Translations under genes and position numbers: made by a program
Notes under the pieces: model-generated
What the model was told of the DNA's origin: nothing
Databases searched by the model: none
The model's input: only the letters and a program-made list of their open reading frames with translations
Shown: piece after piece, positions 60,517-64,000 of the stretch
How positions within the stretch are numbered: the first letter of the stretch is position 1
Layout: each line of letters begins with the position of its first letter
Source: an uncultured Lachnospiraceae bacterium
GTDB lineage: Bacteria; Bacillota; Clostridia; Lachnospirales; Lachnospiraceae
Length of the DNA stretch: 64,000 nucleotides
Direction of reading: 5' to 3'
Assembly (NCBI GenBank): GCA_910578845.1
Contig: CAJTSL010000012.1
Location: forward strand, 15,144 to 79,143

Positions 60517-63084
60517 ATGAACGTAGTACAAAGACTTTTTGGAACGCACAGTGAAAGAGAGATTAAGCGGATTGAAGGTTTAGTCGATAAAATAGAGTCC
60601 CAACGGGATTCTATGATGGCGCTTAGCGATGAACAGCTAAGGGACAAGACGAAAGAATTCAAGAAAAGGCTACAGGACGGAGAGACGTTAGATGATCTTA
60701 TCGTGGATGCGTATGCGGTCGTCAGAGAAGCCGCAAGGCGTATTTTAAAGACAGAGCATTACCGTGTGCAGTTAATCGGTGGCATCATTCTCCATCAGGG
60801 CCGTATCGCGGAGATGAAGACCGGTGAAGGAAAGACACAGACTTGTCTTCTGCCGGCATATTTGAATGCGTTAGAGGGCAAGGGTGTACATGTTGTCACT
60901 GTCAACGACTATCTGGCGAAACGTGATGCAGAATGGATGGGACAAGTACATGAGTTCTTAGGGCTTAGCGTTGGCGTTGTCTTGAACAGCATGAAATCCG
61001 ATGAACGTAGGGACGCTTATAACTGTGACATTACTTATGTCACCAATAATGAGCTTGGTTTTGATTATCTGCGCGATAATATGGTCATATACAAAGAACA
61101 GCTTGTACTGCGGGACTTGCATTATGCGATTATTGATGAGGTCGATTCCGTGCTTGTTGATGAGGCGAGGACGCCGCTGATCATTTCGGGACAGAGTGGC
61201 AAATCCACGAAACTTTATGAGGCATGTGATATTCTTGCCAGACAACTGACCCGTGGCGCGGACATGGAAGCGCTTTCTAAGATGGATGCCATCATGGGGA
61301 TTGAACGGGAAGAGACCGGCGACTTTATCGTAAATGAGAAAGATAAGGTAGTGAACCTGACGTTGCAAGGCGTATCGAAGGTGGAACGCTTTTTCCAGAT
61401 AGAGAACCTCGCAGATCCAGAGAACTTAGAGATACAGCACAATATTATCTTGGCGTTGCGTGCGCACAATTTAATGTTCCGGGATCAGGATTATGTGGTA
61501 AAAGACGACCAGGTGCTGATCGTTGATGAATTCACGGGGCGTATCATGCCGGGACGCCGTTATTCGGACGGCCTGCATCAGGCAATTGAAGCCAAGGAAC
61601 ATGTGAAAGTAAAAAGAGAGAGCAAGACATTAGCCACGATTACGTTCCAGAACTTTTTTAATAAATTTGAGAAAAAAGCAGGCATGACGGGTACTGCGTT
61701 AACAGAAGAGAAGGAATTCCGTGACATCTATGGCATGGACGTTGTGGAAATCCCGACGAACCGTCCGATTGCAAGGATTGACAGGCAGGACGCGGTTTAT
61801 AAGACAAGGAAAGAAAAATTAAGCGCGATCATAGATTCTATTGAAGAGGCACATGCGAAAGGACAACCCGTATTAGTCGGTACGATTACAATTGAAGCCT
61901 CCGAGGAACTCAGCTCGCTTTTGAAAAAGAGAGGGATCGAGCATAAGGTATTGAATGCGAAGTTCCATGAGCTAGAAGCGGAGATCGTAGCAGATGCAGG
62001 TTTGCACGGCGCTGTGACGATCGCTACGAACATGGCGGGCCGTGGTACGGATATTAAGCTAGACGATGAAGCAAGAGCGGCAGGCGGCTTGAAGATCATC
62101 GGTACGGAGCGGCATGAGTCGAGACGTATTGATAACCAGCTCCGTGGGCGTTCCGGTAGACAGGGAGATACCGGTGAGTCCAAGTTCTATATTTCCCTGG
62201 AAGATGATCTGATGCGCCTCTTTGGCTCCGAGCGGATGATTACGATGTTTAACGCTTTAGGGATCCCGGAAGGACAGGAGATCGAGCATAAAGCGCTGAC
62301 GAGGGCAATTGAGACGGCACAGAAGAAGATTGAGAGCAATAACTTTGGCATCAGAAAGAACCTGTTGGAATATGATCAGGTCATGAATGAGCAGAGAGAA
62401 ATCATTTATGAAGAAAGAAGACGTGTCTTAAACGGCGAGAGCATGCGGGACGCTATCTATAAGATGATTACCGATATTGTAGAGAATTGTATTGATATCT
62501 GCATCGGTGACGACAATGACTTTGAAGACTGGGATTTTGCAGAGCTGAACACATTGCTCCTTTCTATCATACCGTTGCAGCCGGTTACGGCAGATAGGGT
62601 CTTAAAGCCGAAGAAGAACAGCTTGAAGCAGCAATTGAAAGAAGAAGCTGTGAAGCTCTATGAAAGCAAAGAGGCCGAGTTCCCCGAACCGGAAGCGATC
62701 CGTGAAATAGAGCGTGTTATTTTATTAAAAGTAATCGACAGGAAATGGATGGACCATATTGACGATATGGATCAGCTCCGCCAAGGCGTAGGGTTACAGG
62801 CATATGGACAGAGAGACCCGCTTGTGGAATATAAATTGAATGGTTATGAGATGTTCGATGAAATGACACAGAACATTAAAGAGGAAACCGTACGCCTGTT
62901 ATTCCATGTCCGCATCGAGCAGAAAGTGGAAAGAGAGCAGGTAGCTAAGGTAACGGGAACCAATAAAGACGATTCCGCGCCCAAAGGGCCGGTAAAACGG
63001 GTGGAGGCCAAAGTTTATCCGAATGATCCATGTCCGTGTGGTTCCGGTAAGAAATATAAACAATGCTGCGGAAGACAGAAATAA
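60517..63084 (+). CDS. secA: Preprotein translocase ATPase SecA
   Basis: [57 protein letters not shown]. Confidence 0.98.
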   Translation: MNVVQRLFGTHSEREIKRIEGLVDKIESQRDSMMALSDEQLRDKTKEFKKRLQDGETLDDLIVDAYAVVREAARRILKTEHYRVQLIGGIILHQGRIAEMKTGEGKTQTCLLPAYLNALEGKGVHVVTVNDYLAKRDAEWMGQVHEFLGLSVGVVLNSMKSDERRDAYNCDITYVTNNELGFDYLRDNMVIYKEQLVLRDLHYAIIDEVDSVLVDEARTPLIISGQSGKSTKLYEACDILARQLTRGADMEALSKMDAIMGIEREETGDFIVNEKDKVVNLTLQGVSKVERFFQIENLADPENLEIQHNIILALRAHNLMFRDQDYVVKDDQVLIVDEFTGRIMPGRRYSDGLHQAIEAKEHVKVKRESKTLATITFQNFFNKFEKKAGMTGTALTEEKEFRDIYGMDVVEIPTNRPIARIDRQDAVYKTRKEKLSAIIDSIEEAHAKGQPVLVGTITIEASEELSSLLKKRGIEHKVLNAKFHELEAEIVADAGLHGAVTIATNMAGRGTDIKLDDEARAAGGLKIIGTERHESRRIDNQLRGRSGRQGDTGESKFYISLEDDLMRLFGSERMITMFNALGIPEGQEIEHKALTRAIETAQKKIESNNFGIRKNLLEYDQVMNEQREIIYEERRRVLNGESMRDAIYKMITDIVENCIDICIGDDNDFEDWDFAELNTLLLSIIPLQPVTADRVLKPKKNSLKQQLKEEAVKLYESKEAEFPEPEAIREIERVILLKVIDRKWMDHIDDMDQLRQGVGLQAYGQRDPLVEYKLNGYEMFDEMTQNIKEETVRLLFHVRIEQKVEREQVAKVTGTNKDDSAPKGPVKRVEAKVYPNDPCPCGSGKKYKQCCGRQK

Positions 63085-63163
63085 ATGTCAGGGGGCTTCA
63101 TGGTGATTTTCCCTAAGCAGTGCAAGATCAGATAAAATTGATGATGAAAGAAGGTGACGTTAA

Positions 63164-64000
63164 TTGGTAGAATTAGATAATATGAAGTACGAACTTCAAG
63201 GTTACGAAAGTCCATTAGCGGAAGTGAGGGATTCACTTTGACTTAGCTTCTAAGGAGAAGCGGATCGAAGAGCTGGAAATGGAAATGCAGGCGCCTGATT
63301 TCTGGAACGACCCGGAACGCTCGAACCAGAAGATGAGGGAAGCTAAGGGGTTAAAAGATATCGTAGAAACGATAAAAGGCTTAGAGCGCCAATATGATGA
63401 TATCATGACTTTGATTGAGATGGGATATGAGGACAATGATCCGGCGATTATCCCGGATATCAGTGCAGAGTTTGATGCGTTTAAGACAACATTTGAAGAG
63501 ATTAGGATTAGTACCTTGCTTTCAGGCGAATATGACAGGAACAATGCCATATTGCGGCTAAATGCGGGAGCGGGAGGCACGGAGAGCTGTGACTGGTGCA
63601 GCATGCTCTACCGTATGTATACCAGATGGGCGGAGCGGAAAGGATTTGCGCTGGAAGTGTTGGATTATCTGGATGGAGAGGAAGCGGGCATCAAATCCGT
63701 TACCTTCCAAATTAACGGGGAAAACGCTTATGGGTATCTGAAATCTGAGAAAGGCGTGCACAGACTGGTACGGATTTCGCCTTTTAACGCCCAGGGCAAA
63801 AGACAGACATCTTTCGTGTCGCTAGATGTCATGCCGGATATCGAAGAGGATCTGGACGTGGAAGTCAAGGATGAAGATATCCGTGTCGATACGTACAGGA
63901 GCAGTGGTGCTGGAGGCCAGCACATCAATAAGACGTCCTCTGCAATCCGTATTACACATTTCCCGACTGGGATTGTAGTGACCTGCCAGAATGAGCGAAG
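63164..64000 (+). CDS. prfB: Peptide chain release factor 2 with programmed +1 frameshift; 3' end outside window
   Basis: TTG start; AGGGAT-TCA-CTT-TGA-C at codons 25/26 (63236-63242); +1 frame gives DLASKEKRIEELE...PDFWNDPE, the SPF motif and SSGAGGQH. Confidence 0.95.

Overview
Core-chromosome window of a Clostridia-type anaerobe, probably Lachnospiraceae-like. This is inferred from the T-boxes, dapL, ptb-buk, non-discriminating aspS-gatCAB, split purH and YesM/YesN-type systems. It carries two sugar ABC transporter loci with YesMN-like two-component systems, carbohydrate-active enzymes (GH120-like, GH115-like and an unassigned six-hairpin glycosidase), glnA with an ANTAR regulator, a frameshifted PTS-IIC/EAL fusion, T-box-controlled trpBA and aspS-gatCAB, dapF-dapL, an ECF sigma module, guaB with purine genes, BlaI/BlaR1-like genes, ptb-buk, secA and a frameshifting prfB. 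No rRNA, tRNA, CRISPR array, transposase or phage gene was seen. Best leads: (1) a stand-alone trpBA operon whose TrpA has Gly-to-Asp changes in the phosphate pocket, suggesting indole salvage; (2) an ANTAR-type attenuator in front of glnA paired with a pseudo-receiver ANTAR protein; (3) a PTS-IIC/EAL phosphodiesterase gene split at a T7 run; (4) a structured 94-bp tandem repeat bracketed by a 15-bp inverted repeat after the aspS T-box terminator; (5) a dispersed ~50-bp palindromic MITE/REP-like family. All product calls come from motif recognition by eye; no database searches were run.
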